Position numbers and translations under genes: made by a program. Source: a virus. Taken from it: DNA of 64,000 nt. Shown here piece after piece: positions 38,824 to 47,191 of this stretch. Position 1 is the first letter of the stretch, and the number at the start of each line of letters is the position of its first letter. The notes beneath the pieces are model-generated. The model ran no database searches and had not been told where the DNA came from. It saw only the letters and a program-made list of their open reading frames with translations. Location: IMG/VR virus record IMGVR_UViG_3300008116_000076; one strand, 5' to 3'.

Positions 38824-39084
38824 ATGAAAAAGATTGTATTGGCACTACTCTTTGTTATGATTTCTTCACAGTCTTTTGCACAGTATGTTATTTCTGGTTA
38901 TGGTCCAGTGACAGGCAATGTTTATATTGCTGAACCTTATGCCTATCCGGTCCCTGTAGTAGTTCCACAGCCAGTTCCTGTGCCAGTTCCGACTCGTCGT
39001 CCGGTATGTACATCCTATCCTGATCCTTGGGATACTTTAGGATATATTTTTGGCGATCCATTTATGATTACTACTTGCTACTAA
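38824..39084 (+). CDS. Secreted Pro/Val-rich small protein
   Basis: MKKIVLALLF..SFA signal peptide; PVPV repeats; two Cys. Confidence 0.65.
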   Translation: MKKIVLALLFVMISSQSFAQYVISGYGPVTGNVYIAEPYAYPVPVVVPQPVPVPVPTRRPVCTSYPDPWDTLGYIFGDPFMITTCY

Positions 39085-39085
39085 T

Positions 39086-39161
39086 GCTGGTATAGCTCAG
39101 ACGGTAGAGCAGTTGCCTTGTAAGCATCAGGTCGAGGGTTCGATTCCTTCTGCCAGCACCA
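39086..39161 (+). tRNA. tRNA-Thr(UGU)
   Basis: Loop CT-TGT-AA, ACCA. Confidence 0.9.
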
Positions 39162-39171
39162 GGAGATAAAT

Positions 39172-39276
39172 ATGGATAAAATGCATTTAAGAATTATGTG
39201 GATGAAAGTTATAGCATTCTTTCTTCTAGTCATTACAATGGGATTTATAGCGCAAGATCTATTTACGTTTGGTTAA
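39172..39276 (+). CDS. 34-aa membrane peptide
   Basis: AGGAGA RBS; hydrophobic ORF between tRNAs. Confidence 0.5.
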   Translation: MDKMHLRIMWMKVIAFFLLVITMGFIAQDLFTFG

Positions 39277-39277
39277 T

Positions 39278-39351
39278 GCGGGTGTAGCTCAATGGTAGAG
39301 CCATAGTCTTCCAAACTAAAGACGAGGGTTCGATTCCCTTCTCCCGCTCCA
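39278..39351 (+). tRNA. tRNA-Gly(UCC)
   Basis: Loop CT-TCC-AA, U73, CCA. Confidence 0.9.
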
Positions 39352-39394
39352 AAATTCTGCCACAACGAAATAGTGGGCTAAGTAAAAAAGTTTT

Positions 39395-39792
39395 GGGATC
39401 AGTTCAGCAACTAACTATGCATTGGAGCAAAAAAGTTGATCCCGTTAATTTTAGGATTGTTTCAGCAAACAATAAAGGTAACAAACTTTCAACTTTGTTA
39501 CGCCGACAAATACAATCCTGTTAGTTTTGGGAAGCATACAGCAAACAATTATACTCGGCCCCTGGGCCAAGGTACGCTCATGGTGAGCATTGTTTCCCGT
39601 TGGTTTTAGGATGACTGCCGCAATTAATCTAGGACTTGTAATCCCGTGGTCGTGGGTGCAAATCCCACCCTCTCCACCATCTATGGGGAGGTAGCTCAGT
39701 AGTAGAGCACGTAAAAGTTCATCCTGTTAGTTTTGGTTTGAGTTCCGCAACTATCAAAAATCATACTTGAAATATGACTCAAAGTTCAAACC
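39395..39792 (+). ncRNA. Array of five stem-closed Y-RNA-like units
   Basis: Units 39395-39443, 39453-39519, 39529-39598, 39608-39725, 39735-39792; covarying terminal stems, C(A/C)GCAA at nt 11-16, GTTRRTTTT linkers. Confidence 0.8.
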
Positions 39793-39810
39793 GTAGAAAG
39801 GAAATATAAT

Positions 39811-41235
39811 ATGTCTACTTTTGTTAATGCTGTAAAGAATCAGTCTGCTCGTACCGAAAATGGTATGAAGGCTCTAAAGTCAACTGCTAATCCGCTAGTT
39901 GATCTTTACTTCAACATTGGTGCTTCTCGTGGTAAGGATATCATCCCTGCTTTCGTAGCTGCTTATGTTACTAACAAGGATATTGCAACTCGTATTGCTC
40001 TTTGGGCACGTGATGCTCGTGGTGGTTCTGGCGAACGCAAGATCTTCCGTGATATTTTCCAGTATCTATGTGACAACGATCCTGCACTAGCTGCTCGTAT
40101 TGTGCATAAGGTTCCGGAACTTGGCCGTTGGGATGATCTCCTAACTGCAAAGGGCGATGTTCGTAAGTCTGCTTTCGAGTTTATCCGTGAAGGTTTGTCA
40201 AACCAGAACACTGCTGGACTTGTTGCTAAGTGGATGCCTCGTAAGGGCGAAGTGGCTGCAGAGCTACGTGCATTCCTTGGTATGACTCCAAAGCAGTATC
40301 GTAAGACTCTGGTTAACCTAACCAACGTTGTTGAAACTCCAATGTGTGCGAATAAGTGGGATGAGATTGACTTTAATAAGGTTCCTTCTCTTGCTGCTGC
40401 TCGTTACAAGAAGGCGTTCAACAAGCACTCTGTAAAGTTTGCCGAGTATGTTCAGAAGCTCGTAAAGGGCGAGGATGGCGTAAAGGTTAATGCTGGAGCA
40501 GTTTATCCTTACGATGTTCTGAAGGGTGCTGCTAATCATTATTATATGTCGAGCTACGACGCCACTGAACTTGGACATATCCAGGCGCAGTGGGATGCGC
40601 TTCCTAACTATGTTGGTGATGCTAACATTCTACCACTGGTTGATGTTTCTGGGTCAATGACCTGTCCTGCAGGTGGATATGGATCAAAGAGTGGTGTTAC
40701 TTGTCTAGACGTTGCAGTTTCTCTGGGACTGTATCTTGCTGATAAGAACAAGGGTAAGTTCAAGGATACGTTCTTGACTTTCTCTGAAAATCCAGAATTA
40801 CTGCATCTCAAGGGTAACATTATTCAGAAGATTAACCAGATGGTTAGATCTAAGTGGGCAATGGACACTAATCTACACAAGGCTCTGGACAAGATCCTTA
40901 CTGTAGCAAAGGAAGGTAATGTTCCTCAGGAAGAAATGCCTGACATGCTCCTGATTCTTTCTGATATGCAGTTCAATCAGTGCACTCGTCATGATGATTC
41001 TGCTCATGAGATGATCGCTCGTAAGTATCATGCTGCTGGTTATACTATGCCAAAGGTAGTGTTCTGGAACCTTAATGCTGCTTATGGCAATCAGCCAGTT
41101 AAGTATGATACTTCTGGAGTTGCTCTTGTTTCTGGATTCTCTCCTGCACTGGTTAAGGGTCTAGCAAATGTAGAGAACTTCTCTCCAGAAGCAATTATGC
41201 TTGACACTATAATGAATGAGCGTTATAATTACTGA
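39811..41235 (+). CDS. Ro60/TROVE-related DUF2828-type protein with C-terminal vWA domain
   Basis: RTENG, WARDARGGSGER, GRWDDL, AKWMPR, MIDAS DVSGSM, ILSDMQF, VFWNL, VSGFSP. Confidence 0.8.
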   Translation: MSTFVNAVKNQSARTENGMKALKSTANPLVDLYFNIGASRGKDIIPAFVAAYVTNKDIATRIALWARDARGGSGERKIFRDIFQYLCDNDPALAARIVHKVPELGRWDDLLTAKGDVRKSAFEFIREGLSNQNTAGLVAKWMPRKGEVAAELRAFLGMTPKQYRKTLVNLTNVVETPMCANKWDEIDFNKVPSLAAARYKKAFNKHSVKFAEYVQKLVKGEDGVKVNAGAVYPYDVLKGAANHYYMSSYDATELGHIQAQWDALPNYVGDANILPLVDVSGSMTCPAGGYGSKSGVTCLDVAVSLGLYLADKNKGKFKDTFLTFSENPELLHLKGNIIQKINQMVRSKWAMDTNLHKALDKILTVAKEGNVPQEEMPDMLLILSDMQFNQCTRHDDSAHEMIARKYHAAGYTMPKVVFWNLNAAYGNQPVKYDTSGVALVSGFSPALVKGLANVENFSPEAIMLDTIMNERYNY

Positions 41236-41240
41236 ATGAT

Positions 41241-41266
41241 AGGAGGGTACTTCCCCTCCTTTTTTA
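41241..41266 (+). terminator. Rho-independent terminator
   Basis: AGGAGGG...CCCTCCT followed by a T-run. Confidence 0.75.
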
Positions 41267-41276
41267 TGGTGATGAC

Positions 41277-41696
41277 ATGAATCGTGATGACAAATATATG
41301 GCGTTCGTTCGCCGCCTTGCCATAAACAATGACATGAAAATGAAACTGGCAGCTTGCCTCGTTCTAAACAACGAGGTTATTTCTGTTGGGTATAACTCAG
41401 ACAAGTCACATCCTATGCAGAAAAGATTTGCCAAGAACAGTGATGCAATCTTTAAACACGCAGAGGTTGATTGTATTATTAATGCACTTCGTCATATTGA
41501 TAAGGAAGATATGAAAAGGACCACCCTATACGTCTTTAGAGTGAAGAGAAAGAGAAAGGGTGATCATGCTTGGGTAGATGGTATGGCTGAACCTTGTCCC
41601 GGCTGCAAAAGAGCTATAGAACATTTTGGGATCAAGAGAGTGGTATATTCTACGGAAGAATCTGACCCCATAGGGGTCATTACTTGCCAGCCGTAA
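41277..41696 (+). CDS. Zn-dependent cytidine/dCMP deaminase-family protein
   Basis: HAE...PCPGC motif. Confidence 0.85.
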   Translation: MNRDDKYMAFVRRLAINNDMKMKLAACLVLNNEVISVGYNSDKSHPMQKRFAKNSDAIFKHAEVDCIINALRHIDKEDMKRTTLYVFRVKRKRKGDHAWVDGMAEPCPGCKRAIEHFGIKRVVYSTEESDPIGVITCQP

Positions 41697-42339
41697 ATAT
41701 ATCTATCACTTTCTGTACATAGTTTTTTCTGTTTTTCACAAATAGTTGTGGTAATTCGTCATCAACGGCGATCATTACAACTATTTGTGGAATTTCTATT
41801 TTATACATCCATTCAAACATCATAGAATAACATGTTGTCTGTAGGAAATAATCTGTAATCCAGTCTTCTCTTTTTAACTTGCGTGAAGTCTTGAAGTCTA
41901 TGATTGACGGAACACCATCAAATTCAGCGATCATATCACAACGTCCTGCGGTTCTTAGACCAACAGAATGTAATGGTAATTCTATTCCATAGATATTATC
42001 AACATGCTTATCAAGATATTGTTTTAATGAATTAAAGGAGTCAAGCCCAGAAGGCATGGCTCCTTTTGTATAATCTTCTTTATTTAATACATATTTCTCA
42101 GCAATACTATGAACTGCCGTTCCACGTCTTGACGCTTGTGTAATGATCTTCTTGGCTTCTTCCTCGCCAACTCTTTTCTTCCATTCAAGAAGATGTGTCA
42201 TATCTTTATTTTGAGATAGAACAGTAGTGACAGAACGAAATTTTTTACCATCAGGAAGAACATAATGACGTTTTCCATCAATATATTCTTCACCTAATGG
42301 TATTTCATCAACAAGATTATGATTAAATATTTTTCTCAT
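41680..42339 (-). CDS. PD-(D/E)XK (Cas4-like) exonuclease
   Basis: SVTTVL, RGTAVH, AGRCD, IIDFKTS, Q..CY. Confidence 0.88.
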   Translation of the reverse strand: MRKIFNHNLVDEIPLGEEYIDGKRHYVLPDGKKFRSVTTVLSQNKDMTHLLEWKKRVGEEEAKKIITQASRRGTAVHSIAEKYVLNKEDYTKGAMPSGLDSFNSLKQYLDKHVDNIYGIELPLHSVGLRTAGRCDMIAEFDGVPSIIDFKTSRKLKREDWITDYFLQTTCYSMMFEWMYKIEIPQIVVMIAVDDELPQLFVKNRKNYVQKVIDIFTAGK

Positions 42340-42344
42340 ATGAA

Positions 42345-42710
42345 TTACATGATATCCATTGTAAATATTGCTCTGACATATTTTTGTGGATCAAAATCTA
42401 CTCGATTCCTTGCAAAAACAACGAATCCAAAATCACCAGGGTTCATAGCTTCTCTCATAGACTTACCTGTGGTGTACACATCATCAACAACTAATCTATA
42501 TGGATTACTTGATGTTATATATTTCTCCAGAGCCTGTGCGAATTTAACACCACCACGGGGAATACCATAAACAGAACCAAAGTTACAACGATCAGCGACG
42601 ATCTGTGCCAGACAATCCCAATCATCGTCTGTCAAGGCGTCACATTCAATCTTCCACTTTAGTTCTTTACCTGCATGAGATACGAAATCTCCATATTGAA
42701 ATAAGTTCAT
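42345..42710 (-). CDS. Type I phosphoribosyltransferase-like protein
   Basis: GIPRGG, LVVDDVYTTGKS PRPP motif. Confidence 0.8.
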   Translation of the reverse strand: MNLFQYGDFVSHAGKELKWKIECDALTDDDWDCLAQIVADRCNFGSVYGIPRGGVKFAQALEKYITSSNPYRLVVDDVYTTGKSMREAMNPGDFGFVVFARNRVDFDPQKYVRAIFTMDIM

Positions 42711-43468
42711 ACTATTATCCTCATTTTGTCTTTTAGTATTATATATTCTTTGACAAGAGCGGACCTTACGATATCAGCAGCATTGAATTCTATAAGATCA
42801 AACGATCTCATGCTCTTAACAACTCTCATGAAGTCTGTCAGACCACTTTTCTCATGTTCTCTAGTGAAGTCTGATTGTCTAAAATCACCACAGAATATTA
42901 CTTTACAATTATGACCTATACGTGTGATAACAGAATCTAATTCGTGAAGAGTTGCATTCTGCATCTCATCAACTATAACTATACAGTTGTTAAGAGTGAT
43001 GCCACGTATGAAAGATGTAGAAATAAACTCCACAAGATTCTTATTTTTAAGGTAGTCGTATGCATCCCCTCTTCCAAATAGTTCTGAACAGATAGCATAA
43101 TAAGGAGCCTCATATACTTTAGTTTTTTCTTTAGAGTTACCAGGAAGGAATCCCATATCTCTGGTAGGAACTACCGTTCTCACAATAACAATCTTTTTAT
43201 AAGGACAATCTGGATCATTAAGAATTTGTCTTAAAGAAAGATACATTGCCATGAAAGATTTACCTGTTCCGGCAATACCATGCAGCATTAGATTCTTGTC
43301 TTGATCAAAAGATTGAAAAGTATGTCTTTGATTTTGAGTCAAAGGATCAAAATGTTTTAAATTAAAATTTAATTTTTCTTGATAATTTTCTTTACTTTTA
43401 CCTTGTTGGCGAAGAAGTCTTTTTTCTCTACGGGTTAATCTTTTTGTTTCTTGAATATCTTCTTCCAT
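42707..43468 (-). CDS. phoH: PhoH-family ATPase
   Basis: GIAGTGKS, GFLPG, FIRGITL, DEMQN, GDFRQSD. Confidence 0.93.
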   Translation of the reverse strand: MEEDIQETKRLTRREKRLLRQQGKSKENYQEKLNFNLKHFDPLTQNQRHTFQSFDQDKNLMLHGIAGTGKSFMAMYLSLRQILNDPDCPYKKIVIVRTVVPTRDMGFLPGNSKEKTKVYEAPYYAICSELFGRGDAYDYLKNKNLVEFISTSFIRGITLNNCIVIVDEMQNATLHELDSVITRIGHNCKVIFCGDFRQSDFTREHEKSGLTDFMRVVKSMRSFDLIEFNAADIVRSALVKEYIILKDKMRIIV

Positions 43469-43477
43469 TATTGTCCT

Positions 43478-43720
43478 TTAAAAAGTATTGATAGTACTCC
43501 TTGAAATACCTTTTTGATTTCCCTTCTTAATATGCTTTAATAGATCACGGAAACCTTGGTCTGGTTTACCAATGCCTCTACCAGAATGGATCATAGGAGC
43601 ACCATTTACGAGTTGAGTTATATGTGGATTTTCTTCAAGATAGGTTTCAAGAGCAGAAATGCTCATGAATTCTTCATACTCTTCGCCAGTGTCATTGTTT
43701 TGAAAACGATATGTGGGCAT
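43478..43720 (-). CDS. Conserved T4-like hypothetical (FmdB-like MPTY start)
   Basis: MPTYRFQNNDTGEEYEEFMSIS. Confidence 0.65.
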   Translation of the reverse strand: MPTYRFQNNDTGEEYEEFMSISALETYLEENPHITQLVNGAPMIHSGRGIGKPDQGFRDLLKHIKKGNQKGISRSTINTF

Positions 43721-43722
43721 CT

Positions 43723-43923
43723 TTATCTCCACATATCGTCTGAAACATCATCAATGAAATCTTGATCTTCATCTTCAATTAGAGCAGAGATGTCTTTTGT
43801 CCTCAAGGCACGTTCAACACGCTTTGCCTTGCGCTTATTCTCACGTTCACGGGGATCATCATGATATTCGTCATGATCGGAATAGTCGTTCTTCTTAAAC
43901 TTTTTTAGTGATGATTTACTCAT
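43723..43923 (-). CDS. Hypothetical protein
   Basis: Charged 66-aa ORF in operon. Confidence 0.55.
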   Translation of the reverse strand: MSKSSLKKFKKNDYSDHDEYHDDPRERENKRKAKRVERALRTKDISALIEDEDQDFIDDVSDDMWR

Positions 43924-44339
43924 GGAATTAGTCCTGGTAGTCCTTCCTTAATCTGTTCTAGTGTAATGCCTGGAAATGGCATCTTCTTGTCCTTAATTGA
44001 ACATAGAAGCTTGGCGTCGTTTGGAGCAACTCTCTCCAAAAGTTCCACAAACATCATTTCTCTCTTTGCCTGTGGAAGATTATCGTGAAATCCTTTAACG
44101 AAATATCGAATTTTGTCTGCTTCCTTTCGAAGCACATGTTCTTGATCGACTAGTTCGTTTGGTGTATATGGCGGAATGCCTTCTGGTAATAACCATTCTA
44201 CATTCGGATCAAATGCACCCTGTAGAATAATTCTCAAAGCAAGACAGTCATTCTGTCGAAGTGCTTCAATTTTATCATTTGTACGTCTCTTTTTACCAAT
44301 CTTTTCTAATAATTCATATAGTCCAATTACCATACCCAT
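43920..44339 (-). CDS. Conserved T4-like hypothetical protein
   Basis: FDPNVEWLLPEG, KREMMFVELLE; AGGAG RBS. Confidence 0.7.
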   Translation of the reverse strand: MGMVIGLYELLEKIGKKRRTNDKIEALRQNDCLALRIILQGAFDPNVEWLLPEGIPPYTPNELVDQEHVLRKEADKIRYFVKGFHDNLPQAKREMMFVELLERVAPNDAKLLCSIKDKKMPFPGITLEQIKEGLPGLIP

Positions 44340-44349
44340 TGTTTTCTCC

Positions 44350-45201
44350 TTAAAAATCACTCAGATTATCCATTAAGTTTCTAAGTTTCTTTTCCATAAA
44401 ATAACTCAGCATTTTATTACGATTGCGATTATTTTGTGAATTGTATTGTTCCATGACCTGTACTTTTATTTTGTTGGGAATAAAAGACAAATCAATAAGA
44501 TGTCTATTGCGATCATAGTTACGAGCAATAGAAGTTTCTATATTTTCAGAATTTGCTATTTCATTGATTTTCTTTGAAGTAAGTCTTTTCTGTCTGTCAC
44601 CTTTTTTCCTTGTGACATAATAATCATCTTGTGTTAGAATATTTGGAATCCCGTCACCTTCATCCCCATGCATTATATGCTCTTTGAGATACTGTTCTGG
44701 GTTTTCGTGTTTAATCCACTTTTTACGAGTAGGATCATATTGTTCAACATTTTTATATTTATGTAACTGAATAAAATCTTTGTCTCCTGAAAGGACAAGT
44801 GTTGTTTGATTGTTATCACTGAAATTTTCACACAGAGTTGCAATGATATCATCTGCTTCTGCTGATTCTACATCAATAACTCTATATGGCAAATATTCTT
44901 TAATCTCACCTCTAATTTTATTTAGATAATCAAAGATTTCTTTCCAATTGATTTCAGACTCTTCTATATTCTTTTTACGGTTCTCTTTATAATATGGGAA
45001 TAATTGCTTACGCCAATAGTTTTTATTGTCACAAGCAATGATCATTTCACCATAATCATTACCGAATTTAACTTTATATGAACGCAGAGAATTTAAGACC
45101 ATGTGACGAAACATATTTTCGTCTATTGGTGCATTAGTATGCTTGTCTAACTGCATAAGCATATTAGACAACATAACCTGATTTAAGTCAACAATAATCA
45201 C
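44350..45201 (-). CDS. rnh: T4 RNase H (5'-3' exonuclease)
   Basis: YWRK..FPYYK, EADDIIA, SGDKDFIQL, GDEGDGIPN. Confidence 0.93.
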   Translation of the reverse strand: MIIVDLNQVMLSNMLMQLDKHTNAPIDENMFRHMVLNSLRSYKVKFGNDYGEMIIACDNKNYWRKQLFPYYKENRKKNIEESEINWKEIFDYLNKIRGEIKEYLPYRVIDVESAEADDIIATLCENFSDNNQTTLVLSGDKDFIQLHKYKNVEQYDPTRKKWIKHENPEQYLKEHIMHGDEGDGIPNILTQDDYYVTRKKGDRQKRLTSKKINEIANSENIETSIARNYDRNRHLIDLSFIPNKIKVQVMEQYNSQNNRNRNKMLSYFMEKKLRNLMDNLSDF

Positions 45202-45209
45202 AAAATCAC

Positions 45210-45593
45210 CTATTCTTTGTTAGGATTTTTCAATTCTACGCTTAGTTCTTCTACTATTTTGAATGCACCTTCTTCATCATCTTTAGGAATAAAAACATTT
45301 TCCGCTATGATTTGAAAGGGATGATATTCGTCATAATACTTACACATGTATGATCGTAAAGATTCGATGATCATTGCACCGTCTTTTACGTCATCATCTT
45401 CTTCGTCTGACAATCCAAACCCTGCTATATCTAGTTGATTAAAGATAATAGGAGCAAGATTTAGTATTGTTTCCTGAATGTGATAATGTTTCATCATATC
45501 CATATTACGCTGAATATCTTCAGCATTAATATTCTTTTCAATTTGTGCATTAGCTTTTGGAAAAACTATTACATTATCTTTTTTATCTTTCAC
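45210..45593 (-). CDS. Hypothetical protein
   Basis: DNVIVFPK N-terminus; ORF in operon. Confidence 0.6.
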   Translation of the reverse strand: MKDKKDNVIVFPKANAQIEKNINAEDIQRNMDMMKHYHIQETILNLAPIIFNQLDIAGFGLSDEEDDDVKDGAMIIESLRSYMCKYYDEYHPFQIIAENVFIPKDDEEGAFKIVEELSVELKNPNKE

Positions 45594-45622
45594 ATTATAT
45601 CCTGTTTTTTTATGATTGTCAA
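45594..45622 (-). promoter_or_regulatory. Sigma70-type promoter
   Basis: Minus strand TTGACA-17-TATAAT. Confidence 0.65.
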
Positions 45623-45629
45623 TATTTAT

Positions 45630-46217
45630 TTATAATCTTAGAGTGGATTTTTCTTTCTCCGAAAAAATAATTCTAATCTGTTGTGCCAAAGAATGCATCA
45701 ATATCTGATGACAATCTTCAACCACACCATAATTATCAGCATTGACATGAACCACTTTACATGCTAATTTTTCTTCAAGGATTTTTCCACCATCAAACCC
45801 AACAAACGCAATAGTGCTATAATTCTTTTTACGGGCCATTTCAAGTCCCTTTAATATGTTAGGAGAATTACCAGAAGAAGATATAGCAATTACAGTGGCA
45901 TAAAGTGATGATTCATATTCAATTTGTTTTGAAAATACTTCATCATATGACATGTCATTAGCAATAGCTGTCATAAGTGACATGTTCGCCGCCAGATTGC
46001 GTACACAGGGGAACATATCGTGAACATCTGTTTTGACGCCTTTGGTATGATCACAACTCCAGTGTTCTGCAATTGCAGCAGAACCACCGTTTCCCATCAC
46101 TAAAACTGGCTTTTTATATAAGGCTGAATCTACTATAGTATTAAAAACATTTTTTAAAATTTCTTCATCAACAGTATCCAGCGCATCATTTATCATTTGT
46201 TTATATTTTTTGAACAT
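45630..46217 (-). CDS. gmhA: Sedoheptulose-7-phosphate isomerase (SIS domain)
   Basis: GNGGSAA, TAIAND, ISSSGNSPN, VEDCH. Confidence 0.88.
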   Translation of the reverse strand: MFKKYKQMINDALDTVDEEILKNVFNTIVDSALYKKPVLVMGNGGSAAIAEHWSCDHTKGVKTDVHDMFPCVRNLAANMSLMTAIANDMSYDEVFSKQIEYESSLYATVIAISSSGNSPNILKGLEMARKKNYSTIAFVGFDGGKILEEKLACKVVHVNADNYGVVEDCHQILMHSLAQQIRIIFSEKEKSTLRL

Positions 46218-47191
46218 TAAATGCTCTCCAGAGTTGAACCGTTTTTTGAAAATTTAAAATTAAATCTTTCATAATTTTTCATGGATTCAATAACTCTTTT
46301 TTTGTTCTTTTCAGGAACATATACTAAAAGATAACCACCGCCGCCAGCACCAAGAATTTTACCACCTAATGCACCGGACCTTATAGCACGATCATACATT
46401 TCGTCTATAATATCATTAGTTATGTTGTCTGTCAACTTCTTTTTAATTTGCCATGATTGATCCAATAGATTACCGAAGTCATCTACCTTTCTTTTCTGTA
46501 ACAATTTTATAGCATTCTTGGTTAATTCTACTATGGCTTTTGTGTGTTCAATAGTGGCTGTTGTTTGAAGGTTTTCTACCTGTTTTGTTAATACAGAAGA
46601 AGCCTGTCTATTGATACCCGTATTAAAACATAAAAGATTATTATTTAATTCATAGATTGTTCCTGGATCAACATCAAGAGATTTTACTCTTACGTTATTA
46701 CCATTAAAATACATGACATTAAATCCGCCATATGCAGCAGCATATTGGTCTTGCTTTCCTATAGGTTCATTACACTTATTGATTTCAATATAAGAGGCAA
46801 GTTCTGCCAATTCTGTTGTCTCTATATTTTTACCATGTGTCAGACGATACAAAGCATTAATCAGTCCAACAGTGAATGTAGACGACGAACCAAGACCTGT
46901 TCCTTTAACAGGAACGTCAGAAAACGAAGCTATTTCAATATGATTTGGAAACTCAAAATACTTTAATGCTTCTCTTACTCTATCATGTTTGACATCATCA
47001 ACATTTTCAACTTGTTCTAATTGAGAATAAATGACTCTGATGTGTGAAGCAACGCACCTATTGATAGCAAGATATATGTAACTATTAATAGATGTGGATA
47101 TAACCATCCCCTCATTATTTTCATAAAATGTAGGAATGTCAGAACCTCCTCCAAAGAAGGAGATTCTTAATGGTGTTTTAGTTACTATCAT
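46217..47191 (-). CDS. hddA: GHMP kinase, heptose-7-phosphate kinase HddA-like
   Basis: PLRISFFGGGSD, GTGLGSSS, GKQDQY, GAGGGG. Confidence 0.88.
   Translation of the reverse strand: MIVTKTPLRISFFGGGSDIPTFYENNEGMVISTSINSYIYLAINRCVASHIRVIYSQLEQVENVDDVKHDRVREALKYFEFPNHIEIASFSDVPVKGTGLGSSSTFTVGLINALYRLTHGKNIETTELAELASYIEINKCNEPIGKQDQYAAAYGGFNVMYFNGNNVRVKSLDVDPGTIYELNNNLLCFNTGINRQASSVLTKQVENLQTTATIEHTKAIVELTKNAIKLLQKRKVDDFGNLLDQSWQIKKKLTDNITNDIIDEMYDRAIRSGALGGKILGAGGGGYLLVYVPEKNKKRVIESMKNYERFNFKFSKNGSTLESI

Noticed and set aside
39391-39792. CRISPR array interpretation of the five-unit repeat
   Set aside because: The repeats are not identical, unit lengths range from 49 to 118 nt, conservation is structural, and no cas operon is present. 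The Cas4-like nuclease at 41680 is a usual T4-like exonuclease.
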